NCBI GenBank assembly: GCA_964187785.1 | Contig: OZ076409.1 | Span: 4,342,001-4,406,000, forward strand | Source of the DNA: Amphiscolops sp. MND2022 | Taxonomy: Eukaryota | Direction: 5' to 3' | DNA: 64,000 bases | Part shown: in pieces, positions 1 to 12,606 of the stretch | Layout: every line of letters starts with the position of its first letter | How positions within the stretch are numbered: the stretch's first letter is position 1 | Notes under the pieces: generated by a model | What the model saw: the letters and a program-made list of their open reading frames with translations, nothing else | What the model was told of the DNA's origin: nothing | The model's database searches: none | Position numbers and translations under genes: made by a program

Positions 1-551
1 TCAATCTGCCAACACTAAAGGAATGCTCAGAGGAGATGCCGGAGCAAAACGAAGAGGACAACTAGTAAAACGCCAAAAAGACCCACCCAACCCACAAACG
101 GAAAAACAAAAAGCCTCTCACGGAACACCGGAGAAAACACTACCAGACAATGGACGGATAACCGGACACAACGACATAATGGACAGCAACGGACAAGCAT
201 ACCCATTGGATGATTCTCATCCAATCAAAGAAGGAGGAATGAAGTAGACTGTTGACAAACAACTTTATATCAATTACCGTTGCTATTTTTAGTTTGCACT
301 TATTATCATTATTGTTTACTAACAACTACAGAGCCCTTAATCAAGAGCTGATATCATTACAGTAAACTTTCAGCTAGAGTAAACGTTGATCTTAATTTCT
401 TTTCTCAAGCCTATCTTAGAATTACTTCAGAAGACTAAAATTGATACTTTTAGTACACAAAAGGAAATAAGCATCTGACAGAGTCTTCTAAGACGACCAG
501 TTGTAAAGAAAAACAGCTGCTTTTATCATCGGAATCATCTGACTTACTTCG
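1..551 (+). mobile_element. Probable 3' end of an LTR retrotransposon (ORF tail, polypurine tract, start of 3' LTR)
   Basis: ORF 23-247 ends ...KEGGMK*. Purine tract AAAGAAGGAGGAA (227-239) is immediately followed by TGAAGTA (240). Candidate inverted LTR ends TACTTCA at 423-429 or TACTTC at 545-550. Right boundary uncertain. Confidence 0.4.
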
Positions 552-1891
552 AAGACATGATAGAAGTATGCTAGAGTTCCCACAATCATGACCATCGCAC
601 ATGAAGCTAGTAACAGAACGAAAGCACGTTGAATGGAGTCCCGCATCACCGAAAGTGAACTCTGAGTGATTGGTAAGTGAAGGGTTCGTTTAACGTCCTA
701 GTTAAGAATAATTTAGAATTTTTAAACAGTAAAAAAGATTGATTGTGGTGAATATTACCTACTGGAAAGTATTCCGAGCTTTTGTCGAGTCTCGAATCTA
801 TCCAACTGCAGATGAAAATTTCCACATTGTTTCATTGAATCGTCTTCGATAGAGCTGTTTTCTACACTTTCAAGTCTGTCAGTGTATCATTCGTAACAGG
901 GGACCCTATCGATTTGACCCTGTACCCAGACAAAACATAAAATCTTGAGAGGTGATATGAAATTATTCGTGTATCTTTCTAAGTGTTATGCAGCATTGAC
1001 GTAATCACATAGTTGTTGTATTGAAAGCCTACTCAACTATGAAGCTTGTGAAACGTGAAGCAAGTGCCTTAGTTGAGCTTTTTAGCAAAAAAAAAACAAA
1101 AAGGTTGCCAGCTTTACAGGGAATGAACTTGTTAACCATAGAAATCACATATTTACTATGCAATTTTCAAAAGACTATTGCATTCGATATTTGTAACATA
1201 TCATTCACGCAGAACCACGGTTAAACAACAATTTGAGTCAAAATACTTCAGGGCTGAAAAACGTTGAACAACCTTGAGGCACACAAGAAATAGTATCTTT
1301 GGAGACTTTTCGGAGACTTGTATTCTACGGTCTGTAAGTGCTGATAGTAACCCGGAAAAAGCTAACAATTCCAACTTTGTTTAAGTAACCTGATTGTTTC
1401 GTTCCTGGTACTTGCTCGTTTTCAAAACCAATCTGCGAAAAATACATGGAAATAAATTAGGTCATAACATCAAAAACGCATAAATCCATGGGGCATAGAT
1501 GAACACATACCAAAACCAGTTAAAAAACATTTCTTGGAGAACCTAAATTTGTTTTGGCAGCAAAAAAATTACGCGGAAAGCACCATTTTGAACTATATCG
1601 ACGACTATAGACAAATCGAAAATGCACAATTTGGGAACATTCCGAGAATTTAAGAACAAATTTCTGGAAACTTTTCAATTAAAACATAAAACGCATTTCT
1701 CTTTTTTCTAGCTTCTTCCAAACTTTTCCATAGTCGGTCACGCCTTCTGCTCTCGATTCGCGAACTTGCTCATCTTTTGAACCAGGGTTTCCAATGTCAG
1801 GAGAAACTCGATAACGGTTGCGTATTCACATGTGCGTCAGGTTCTGTTCCCACTAGATGAAAGGACTCAAAACAAGCGATATCTGTAGCAT

Positions 1892-2811
1892 CCCGGGTCG
1901 ACCCTCCATGGATATCTTAGTAAGATCTTGGCAAGATCTTGGAAAAATTTTAGCTAAGATCTTGCCAAGATATTGGCAAGAATTGCAAGATGTCATGGTA
2001 AGATCTTATCAAGAGAGCCATGTTTCCAAGAAAACTTTTATTGCAAAATCCTATTTGGAAAGAAAAAAATCTGAAAGGAAGTCAACAAAAATCAACATTT
2101 CTGCAGATTCATATTGTTAGACAATGTATAAAATTTGGTTGAAAAACTATCGCCAACAACGGCGTCAGAAAAGCCTTGAGCTGAATCATTACCCAAATTA
2201 GTGCAATGACCGCCATTTCTAGCAGTAATAAGGCTGCTGAATTAGGCTCAAAGAAAGCTGGAAAGATGATTTTTATCAAAAATTTCCGGATTTTAAGGTC
2301 TTTCCTTTGTAACTTTCCGATAGTGGGTCTGGACGTTTGAGAGCATATTTGGAATCGACAGGAGTGATAAATTACAAGTTTTGGAAAGCCCTTGAAACGA
2401 CCTTTCATTTGGTACATTCGCATTTCTCAGTCTTAAACAGGTGAGGACTTATTAGGATTCTCGTCAAAATTTCGGAAGCCAGAATACGTTATCGTAATTT
2501 TTCACGCATTTTTGCATGCAAAATTTTTTCAGCAGGTTTAAAGATTTTGATTATGAAAACGAGTAGAAATAGTCGTTGTTGGGTGAAATGAGCCTTTAGA
2601 TTGAGTCTCGGCTGCTTGTACCGAAAGTATAGTGTTTTTTATAATCCTAAAATTTTGTCCATCGTGATAAGATACGATCTTGGAATAAGTATTATCTTAG
2701 TGAGATCTTAATAAGAATCTTGCCATGGGATCCATGGCTGCCAAGATGTAGTAAGAATTTGGCAAGATCTTGTCAAGACAGCCAAAATGCTAGTAAGAGG
2801 GTCAACCCGGG
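1892..2811. mobile_element. Non-autonomous DNA transposon (MITE) with CCC termini, CMC/EnSpm-like
   Basis: 15-bp TIR CCCGGGTCGACCCTC / GAGGGTCAACCCGGG (1 mismatch); AT on both sides (1890-1891, 2812-2813); clusters of palindromic AAGATCTT subterminal repeats at both ends. Confidence 0.8.
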
Positions 2812-5800
2812 ATATTAATATTTTGAATATTAGTTTGTGATAACTTCCGTTGTGCAGTTTGGGCTATTGCGCTACTATTTTAGACTACATTGAGTAGTTA
2901 GGTATATGCATGTAGATTAGAGAACTATTCAGCCTGTAAAATAGTTGTAATTTAAACTCAACGACTTGAAAGTTTGAAAATACATATTATTGTGGTTATA
3001 TATGGTCGGTGAGGTGTTCCGTTTTTGAAATTTTCTACTGCTCCAGCATCAGCGAAATTGTTGGAATTTCTTACCTGAAGTGTAAGATCCCTTCTTTTCT
3101 TTCGAATCGGTTTTTCAATAACTCAGGCTAAATGAGGCTGTCATTGGAAAAAAAATTTCTATGCCTTCATTAGCTACGTTGCTACGTTCCCGTGGGTGCA
3201 TCATGACGTTGCGCTTCTTTCAAAACTCGTTACTTCAGCTATAATCAATTTGCTGTTTTTCAATTTTTGAAGATATACATGAATTATGAACTACATAAAA
3301 AATTTTCATTCATCCGCGTTGCAAAATAAACTCGCCACAGTATCTTTTTGAGCACAGAGAAAAATACACAAAGAAAATTTAATTTGAGGTAGTGAATTGT
3401 TTTCATGTTTTCATAGTCTTATGACACCTACAAAACGTCGAGAAAAGACGACGTAGCAAGAAATTTTTTTTTAAAAAAATACGTGTATACCTAAGCTTTG
3501 AAAAATCATCATAGCAGTCAAAAGAGTTTCAAGCCTTACTATTTTCAATGCTGAGACTTTTTTATGTCGCCAAAAGGTCACATCTTTGGTTCGCATTTGT
3601 TTTGCACAAGGTCCGCAAATGTGACTCTGTTGGAATTAATGTCATTTACTTTGTGTAAACATACTTTCTAACCCACCTAACAACCATGCCAAAACCACCA
3701 CATAGTTTGTTTACATAGCTAATAACTTCATTTTATGCTTTAAATGTCAGATATTTATACTTCTTATTTTGACTCATGTTTACTGTAGAATTGTAAACGA
3801 GATTTATACTATTTCTAGATAGGCACAAATTGATCGGAAAGCTGTACGAAGGTTGGGTCATAGGACCATTTCAATACTCAAATCATTTCTTCACCTCTTT
3901 TCCACTTTTCGCCAAAGATTTACGGCGACTGAGTTAGTTACTCTCAACTTGTGGATAGTTGGACGCGTCAAGAGACAAGGAAGAAGTGCAAGTCGGGAAC
4001 ATAGGGTCCTACTAAGTAAAGATACAGCCCTTTCAATCTAAGAAGCAAGTAGTGTTCGGTAACGATCCGCAGTGCCGAGCACCGAATTCAGGGCGGCGTA
4101 AAGTTTGGTCAATTGAAGGGATCAAGCAGCCGTTACAATCTGTCACTTCGTTGGTCTTAAAAACAGCCAGTGCTATAGTCTGCGTTTTCCTCAAAAAGCG
4201 CCGTCTAAAAATCTTAGGAGCGAACTCGAACTTCGGCCAAATTTGGTTTCGAAAAAAAAGGAAATTTCTATAAGTTATACCGTTCAGCATCATTATAAAC
4301 TTTGGCATTTCTGAATTACATCATGAAAAACCGCTAGTCAAATTCCGAACAACATCCTTAAACTGCTTCATATTTTCATTCTGTTCTCTAACTTTTGAAC
4401 CTAACTTTTTTATGCAAACACTCCGGTCGAAACCCTATAACGCAAAGAGGTCACAAAACGCGAAAACTTTGTTCCGACGGAATGCCAACTGGTTTTGATT
4501 TCTTTTCTTCCATTACAATCAAAGTTCTGAAAAAGATGCACTGGTTTGAATTATGCCTGAGAGGGTGTGCTAGCTCGACTAAGACAACTTCTTGGAAGAT
4601 AGGTTGTTTCAGCTGGTCTTTTTCCTCGGGTTCGATCAATTGTGGTGTTTCCTGGCGATTAACAAATCTGTTTTGTAGCGCATTTGACCATTGATTTAGT
4701 TGTGTCAACTCAAGTCGCTCATTGTAAGGAGTCCCTATCCTCTTTCGAGTACTAAGAATGCCAAATCTTGGGCCGATCAAGGGAATAAAAAGATTTAACA
4801 AGACGATTGTGAGCTGTAAGAGCTGGGAAGGGCCCCAACCCTAGCCCGCGTTTCTCGGCTCTATATAGGTGAGGCTCAATCCTCATTTGATGAAGGCTTG
4901 TCGCGGGTTTTGTTGTGCTCGATTCTTATTAGCTGACGGTCTGTTGAAGAATTTCATGATTTGGATTTTTAAAAGCTCAGAAAATTGTCAAGGTCATAAA
5001 ATGGGCGATAGTTTCGGCGATGCGTTTTGTGAAGAATGCTTTTGGGACTCTGAGTTTTGGTGCTGTCAAGTTTTTTCGACGGGTTATCATCATCGGAATA
5101 ACTTAACCACTTCCGGTTTGTTATTCCTCTCCGGAAAAACCTTTTTGGGGGTTCCGTGTTGAACAATTTAAAAACTTTAAACGATTTCGTTTAACAAATT
5201 CAGTCACGAATTAATGAAAGGGATTATATTTATTGCTACGAAAACAATTTTGTTTGCACAAAAAAAACTATGAAAGAAAACTTTTTTTATTGTTTTTGAC
5301 AAATCATTATTGTTTTTGCTGGACGGTAAACTGGAAATACGAAGCTGCGAAGAATTTTTTGTTTAAATTGGTACAGTCAAATTTGTGAAGGTTTAGGTTG
5401 AAAAACCCCAGAATCCAAACTCAATCTTTAGCAGGGACTCCAAAAAAACGGTTTTTATGAAAATAATGATCATAATGTATTTATTTTTCATCACGGAAAG
5501 GAAAATTATTTTTTCTCAAATAGAGTTCAGAAAAATAATTTATTTCACACATTTAAAATAATTTAAGATATTGTTGGCGCCAACAGAAGTGGAAAGCGAA
5601 CAAAACAATCAAAATTTTTCATTTGTCAAGCAAATAACAGACTTCACTTCGGTTGTTTACTCCAGCACCTGGAAGATGAACTGTTCCTATCAATCAATGA
5701 AAAATTCTGGGATGCCCAATTGATTTCCTGCATAATCTAATTTGAGTTATGCTATTCAAATTGTTTTGGAAATATACCATTATTTCCATTATTTATTTTC

Positions 5801-6139
5801 CTTCAAAGTTAGGGAAATAATTTTTTTTTGCGAAGTAATAGGGAAGTTATTTATGGCTTTACGTCCAAAAAATGCTATTATATTTACGGAGTCCCTAGTG
5901 ACAACGTTTGGTAGCGGAACAAAATTCATTTACTGAAATTGTTTAATTTTTTCAGCAATTATGCCTTTCTTATTGGCTCGTCTTACTGGCTCGTGAAGGT
6001 CAATAGAATTGTGCACCACGAGAGATGTCGCTTAGACGAAAAACCTGTTGAGATGTTGCTATTTTGGTATTTTAACGCAGGAAAACTGTGATTTTCTAAT
6101 TGAATACAATTGAAAAAATTAATTTTCCCTGAATAAGTT

Positions 6140-6272
6140 ATTTGTTTTCCGTGAATTTAGCGTGAATTGGAGTAAATTCTCGTGGAATTGAGCGTGAATT
6201 TTGACTTTCTACCGTGAATTACACGCCGTGAAAAACGCAAGAAAAATCCGTGAAAAACCGCCATGTCTGGTG
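6140..6272. repeat. Cluster of CGTGAA repeats ending in CATGTCTGGTG; probable single end of a CAC-terminus DNA transposon
   Basis: About seven CGTG(A/G)A copies in 130 bp, ending in GTG. Partner end not found. Confidence 0.3.
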
Positions 6273-6884
6273 ATAAGACAATTGATTTTCTAGCCAATAG
6301 CTGCTGGAGTTGGCAGACCAAATATAGAGGCCGCCCGACATTAGCTAAGGATTTCATCGACGGACTCAAGACATACCAAAATATCAAAATATCGGACTCA
6401 AAATATCAAAACATACCAAAGGTACTCGGAAAAATCCCCTGAAAGAATGGAAAAATACCAAAATATAACATCATAATATCTAAAAAGTGTGGAAAAACTC
6501 TGGGTAAACGTCTCCTTCCAGAGTCCAATCGTTCTTGGCGTCAAACACCAGAGGGCGCATTGAGTCCGGCATTGAGTCCGCATTGAATAATAATTTATAA
6601 CAGCGATTGAATCAGAAAATTTAATAAATATTCCAATTTGATTTGATCAAAAGAATAAGTCTTTGTTTCGTTTTCCTAACTTCTGCACTCGGAGGTTTTC
6701 ATGAATTTGGAATGGTCATAATAATCACAAAGGGTTCTTCAGAGTCTGAAAAAATGTTTTTTTTTTCACTGAAATCATTGTGGAAAACCTATTTATGAAC
6801 ACGTTTCGTTCGGAAAAAAATGTTGTAATGACAAATTTTGTACATGGGGTCTTTTGCGCTCAAAAAGTTGAACACGAAATAAAT

Positions 6885-7788
6885 CGATGGCGATGAACCT
6901 TATGGTGAAAATAAAAACTTTCCGAAAACATACCACATTGTCGAAAAAAAACACGAAGACATGATTTGTGAAAAAAAATTATTGCTCGACAAGCTACAAC
7001 CCAGAACCCACCCAAGGCTTCGTAAACACGCATACATGCCATTATTGCGCATGGTTCCGTGAACAAACAGTGGTCGAAACCAACTGGACGACTGATTGTG
7101 AAAGTCTGACAAAAATGATTGACACTGTAAGAGTTAGGCACGTTTTGGGCTCTTTTCTCTTAACCGCCCCCCACCACCAATTTTTTGGAAGTAAATTCCT
7201 TAAAAACTTTACACTAGCCTAATTAAAAGTAAAACCTTCTTTCATAACGAGAAGTTAACGTCTATTGGAATAGTTTTTTGCTTGAACAAAACATTGTTCA
7301 CACATTTTGACTATACTTATGCTCGTATTAAATGTTTATTGATGACTCAAAACAGGAAGCTGTTGATTTCTTCTTCAAAAATGCGTGACTACATATGGAA
7401 AAAGTGTGAACAAAGTTTGTATCTGAATTCTAAATTGTCACACTGAGAATAAATGTAAAATTGAAGCTTTCTGGTTTCTATTCGAAACATTTTGTTAGAA
7501 GATTTTCACTAATTTTTCAAAAAAAATTGGTGGTGGGGGAAAACAGAAGAGAGCCACGTTTTGTTTCGAAACATACAAAATGACAACAGAAATAAAACTC
7601 TCTCTGAAGAAGTGATCACATTGAACCTGGCTTTTTTACCGTCGAGCGTGTGTACAACATGTCAATGGCCTAGCTTTAGCCCATACGTGAAAATAGTTGA
7701 GCATATGTTTAACAGCAAACCCATGTTGAACACTCCCTGCGAATCTGTACAGATCCTGACAGACATTCCAGGATTTGTCGAAAATTAA
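6885..7788 (+). pseudogene. Unknown ORF split by the MITE at 7148-7555
   Basis: Removing the MITE and one TSD copy joins ORF 6968-7147 (...TVRVRHVL) in frame to 7564-7788 (FRNIQND...PGFVEN*). An upstream frame (DGDEPYGENKNFPKTYHIVEKKHEDMICEKK) joins through a poly-A frameshift. Confidence 0.45.
7148..7555. mobile_element. MITE with GG..CC termini and 8-bp TSD (Merlin-like)
   Basis: Imperfect ~40-bp TIR (GGCTCTTTTCT...CCCCCACCACCAATTTTTT vs AAAAAATTGGTGGTGGGGG...AGAAGAGAGCC); perfect TSD ACGTTTTG at 7140-7147 and 7556-7563. Confidence 0.9.
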
Positions 7789-8885
7789 CAATTCCAATAT
7801 TATTGAATGCAGTTTTGAAATTGAAAATAATTTAATAAAAAGTGCTATATAAGATGAAAAAACCTCCCAATTGAAATTTTGAAGAAATTTGTGTGCGAAT
7901 TTGAACAGATCTTTACGGAAAAAAATGACCAATAAAATTACTGCAACGTATTTTAAGTTACCAGCAATTACTGAAACTACTCCAGCAAACCATGTTCTCG
8001 AAATATTACTTTTCGCTCCTGAGAGTAAAAGCGATGAAGCTTAAAGTTTTAGTACCACAGATTGAATTTTCCACCTGAGTTTCACTATTGATTTTTTTGG
8101 CCGTACAACTGAGACGAGATGTCGCTCCAAATTGTATTGTCGGTGTTTTTTTTAATTTTTAATTTCATGGAAGGGTTCTTGCTTTTTTCGCGTTGACAGT
8201 AACTTGTTCACGTGGTTTATAGTAAGTCTTGTATACTTCATTTGATAAAAGATGCTTTCACCTCCAATGTGTTGGCAGAACACAATCATCGCAAATTTTG
8301 GCTTCAACGTTCCGATCGTTTCAACTAACTGCTTCAAACGCAACTGTTCTATAAGTGTTTGGAACAAAGAATTCAAACTCAAGTCAAACTACTTGGGTCA
8401 AACTCAAACTATTGTGATTCAAACCCAATTTCAAACGTTCTGAGCCCAAATCCAGGGCTTAAAAACCCAAACTTAAACCCGACCAACAATCCTGCCTCCA
8501 ATCCTGACGTTTTCGTCTTCAAACTCTACCGTTTTGAAGAAGCGACCCATCGATCACTTTCAAATGAAATACGCTACATCTTCAAAAGTGCAGGGAATTT
8601 CAATCATTTTGAGGAATTTCCTGTGTTTTCCTTAATTCTTTTATGTATTCGTCAAGTTTCGGAGAAAAGTTGGACCCATTTCCGAAAAGTTTGAAAGTTA
8701 GACCGAGCTCTTTAGATCCATTTGAGACATTTGTCGAACCTTTACGTGTTCTGTCAATCTAAACCTCAAACTATACAACGGGGTTAGGGGTCAAGTAGAA
8801 ATCCAAGTTCAAACTGTGATCTAAAACTCAATCTCAAAAAAAGTCAAGTACTTCAATTACCCGGTTTGGAAATATTTTTGCTAAT

Positions 8886-9170
8886 GGTAATGGTCACTTG
8901 GCGTGAAATCACTTTGCTTAAAGCCATTTGGTTTGATACACCTGGTCACTTGACTGAATTGTTTCCGGTAAAGGGTCAATTGGGTTAATACAGTTTGACT
9001 AAGAATCACAGCTGAAAACGCTGGGCAGATAATGTCGAAATTATCATAACGCGGTCAGCTATGTTCACGGTACCCTAAATGCAGGAGCGAAGCGTAACGA
9101 CGTGTCATTTGACCATGCCTCAATGTTGCAAGCTGGCGAAGGGATCGAAGCGACCGAGCCTCACATCAAA
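8886..9170 (+). mobile_element. Truncated end of a MITE related to the 34790-36104 family (also at 11188 and 13486)
   Basis: GGTAATGGTCACTTGGC...AAAGCCATTTGG...GGTCACTTGAC resembles the terminus at 34790. Confidence 0.6.
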
Positions 9171-9254
9171 TATGCTGAACTTTTCGTTATATATTTAATT
9201 CAGTTTTGTCCTTCAAAAGGTTGTTTTCAGCTAGTTTGTTCAATTCGAAAGTAA

Positions 9255-10308
9255 ATTTAGATGTGAAGACCAACGAGTTAAAGGCTGTCCTCTTCGATAA
9301 AGGAGCCGTGTTTTGCCTGATGTCCAACCATGATTAACAGTCAAAGTTATCCGATATCCTCGAAGGAGTGCAGTTCCAGAAGCGCACGGACCTACATGGT
9401 GACTTTGTAGTCAAATTTGATGCCAAGTTCAACCAGAACCTAAACGCTCTCTACGATGCTGGCAAGCTACCGCTTGATGTCTATGAGAAGGTTAGATGAT
9501 GTGGCGGGTCACCGGCCCGGCTTTACGTCCTTGCCAAAGTCCACAAGAAACATTTTCCTGTCATAATGATTCTTTCACTCCCCGCGAGTTGCTATGAACA
9601 GCTCATCCGGTACTTGAGTCAGTGGTTTAAAAATATTTCTGAAGTCCACTTAGAAGCATCTACAATTGACATTAGAAATTGTCTTATCGGGGCTTTCCTT
9701 GATGATGATGAAGTGTTAGTATCAATTGACGATGCTAGTTTGTTCACCATTGTGCCAATAGCTGAGTCAACCGGATATTCCATTGATTTAGTGTACAGCA
9801 GAAGTGAAAAGACACCGGTCTCTACTGAAGTGTTTGCTGAACTCATGGAAATCTCAGTGATCGATATTTTTTCATGTAAAATTGTAATTGATACCAACAA
9901 AAAGATGGGGTTGCTATGGGTTCAGCCTTAGCTGTTATAATCGCCAATATATGGATGGAACAGTTTGAGCAGCAGGTCAGTCTGAAAAAGAAGATAACTC
10001 GGCCATTCTGTATCCATGTGGCGAATGCAGACTTGATGTACAATCAGATGCAATAATGTGTTTGTTTTTTGTGACGTTTGATTCATTTGGGCTGTAAAAA
10101 TTTTGACGTTCGGGACATTGCTTTACTATCGGACCCGGCCTGTGAATGTGGTTGTCAAGGTGCCAGCCCTAGTCGGGCGAAGGTTAATGCCAAATACGTC
10201 GATGACATCATAAGGTCGGTCAAAAGATCTGGAATTGACAATTTCTACCTTTTGTCAATTCCTTGCACTCCTACCTCAGTTTCACGATGGAATGGAGAAT
10301 GAAAACGG
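9255..10308 (+). pseudogene. Penelope-like element RT, copy 1 (frameshifted, 3'-truncated)
   Basis: KAVLFDKG, PARLYVLAKVHK, VLVSIDDASLFTIVP (motif A), YQQKDGVAMGSALAVIIANIWME (motif B'), KYVDDII (motif C). Confidence 0.85.
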
Positions 10309-11554
10309 GTTCAGTTTGAAATGAAAACGGTATTCAGCTTAATGTTCAATTACCACAGATTGAATTTTCCACCTGAGTTTCACTACTATTGATTTTTTTG
10401 GCCTTACAACTGAGATGAGATGTCGCTCCAAATTGTATCGTGGGTGTTTTTTCTGTTTTTAATTTCATGGAAGGGTTCTTGCTTTTTTCGCGTTGACAGT
10501 AACTTGTTCACGTGGTTTATAGTAGGTCTTGTATACTTCATTTCATAAAAGATGCTTTCACCTCCATTGTGTTGGCAGAACACAATCACCGCAAATTTTG
10601 GCTTCAACGTTCCGATCGTTTCGACTAACTGCTTCAAACTCAACTGTTCTATATGTGTTTGGAACAAAGAATTCAAACTCAAGTCAAACTACTTGGGTCA
10701 AACTCAAACTATTGTGATTTAAACCCAATTTCAAACATTCTGAGACCAAATCCAGGGCTTAAAAACCCAAACTTAAAACCGACCAACAATCCTGCTTGCA
10801 ATCCTGACGTTTTCGTATTCAAACTCTTCTGTTTTGAAGAAGCGACCCATCGATCACTTTCAAATGAAATACGCTACATCTTCAAAAGTGCAGGGATTTT
10901 CAATCATTTTGAGGAATTTCCTGTGTTTTCCGAAATTCTTTTATGTATTCGTCATGTTTCGGAGAAAAGTTGGACCCATTTCCGAAATTTTTGAAAGTTA
11001 GACCGAAGTCTTTAGATCCATTTGAGACATTTTTTGTCGAACCTTTACGTGTTCTGTCAATCTAAACCTCAAACTATACAACGGGGTTAGGGGTCAAGTA
11101 GAAATTCAAGAACAAACTGTGATCTAAAACTCAATCTCAAAAAAGTCAAGTACTTGAATTCCCCGGTTTGGAAATAATATTGCTAATGGTAATGGTCACT
11201 TGGCTTGAAATCACTTTGCTTAAAGCCATTTGGTTTGATACACCTGGTCACTTGACTGAATTGTTTCCGGTAAAGGGTCAATTGGGTTGATACAGTTTGA
11301 CTGAGAAACACAGCTGAAAACGCGTGGCAGATAATGTCGAAGTTATCATAACGCGGTCAGTTATGTTCACGGTACCCTAAATGCAGGAGCGAAGCGTAAC
11401 GACGTGTCATTTGACCATGCCTCAATGTTGCAAGCTGGCGAAGGGATCGAAGCGACCGAGCCTCACATCAAATATGCTGAACTTTTCGTTTTATATTTAA
11501 TTCAGTTTTATCCTTCAAAAGGTTGTTTTCAATTAGTTTGTTCAATTCGAAAGT

Positions 11555-12606
11555 AAAATTAGATGTGAAGACCAACGAGTTAAAGGCTGTCCCCTTCGAT
11601 AAAGGAGCCGTGTTTTGCCTGATGTCCAACCATGATTACCAGTCAAAGTTATCCGATATCCTCGAAGGAGTGCAGTTCCAGAAGCGCACGGACCTTCAGG
11701 GTGGCTTTGTAGTCAAATTTGATGCCAAGTTCAACCAGAACCTAAAAGCTCTCTACGATGCTGGCAAGCTACCGCTTGATGTCTATGAGAAGGTTAGATG
11801 ATGTGGCGGGACAACGGCCCTGCTTTACGTCCTTGCCAAAGTCCACAAGAAACATTTTCCTGTCATAATGATTTTCTCACTCCCCGCGAGTTGCAATGAA
11901 CTGCTCATCCGCTACTTGAGTCAGTGGTTTGAAAATATTTCTGAAGTCCACTTAGAAGCATCTACAATTGACATGAGAAATTGTGTTATCGGGGCTTTCT
12001 TTGATGATGATGAAGTGTTAGTATCAATTGACGATGCTAGTTTGTTCACCATTGTGCCAGTTGCTGAGTCAACCGGATATTCCGTTGATTTAGTGTACAG
12101 CAGAAGTGAAAAGACACCGGTTTTACGGAAGTGTTTGCTGAACTCATGGAAATCTCAGTGATCGATATTTTTTCATGTAAACTGGTATTTGATACCAACA
12201 AAAAGATGGGGTTGCTACGGGTCCAGCCTTAGCTGTTATAATCGCCAATATATGGATGGAACACTTTGAGCAGCAGGTCAGTCTGAAAAAGATAATTCGG
12301 CCATTCTGTATCCATGTGGCGAATGCAGACTTGATGTACAATCAGATGCAATAATGTGTTTGAATTTTGTGACGTTTGATTCATTTGGGCTGTAAAAATT
12401 TTGACGTTCGGGACATTGCTTTACTATCGGACCCGGCCTGTGAATGTGGTTGTCAAGGTGCCAGCCCTAGTCGGGCGAAGGTTAATGCCAAATACGTCGA
12501 TGACATCATAAGGTCGGTCAAAAGATCTGGAATTGACAATTTCTACCTTTTGTCAATTCCTTGCACTCCTACCTCAGTTTCACGATGGAATGGAGAATGA
12601 AAACGG
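11555..12606 (+). pseudogene. Penelope-like element RT, copy 2
   Basis: Same motifs as copy 1 (ORFs 11523, 11868, 12376). Confidence 0.85.

Noticed and set aside
3140..3475. Imperfect inverted repeat (AAAAATTTCT..TGCTACGT / ACGTAGCAAGAAATTTTT) as a MITE
   Set aside because: Too degenerate; no TSD or defined termini.
3853..5166. Short ORFs (4033, 4451, 4969, minus strand) as genes
   Set aside because: No recognisable motifs or splice structure; may be decayed coding sequence but cannot be supported.
6319..6590. CGGACTCAA / TTGAGTCCG inverted repeats and AAAATATC repeats
   Set aside because: Probably a MITE remnant, but ends and TSD cannot be defined.
8359..8694. 111-113 aa Asn/Pro-rich ORF repeated three times
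   Set aside because: Arises from low-complexity AAAC(T/C)C repeats; its recurrence only reflects the triplication.
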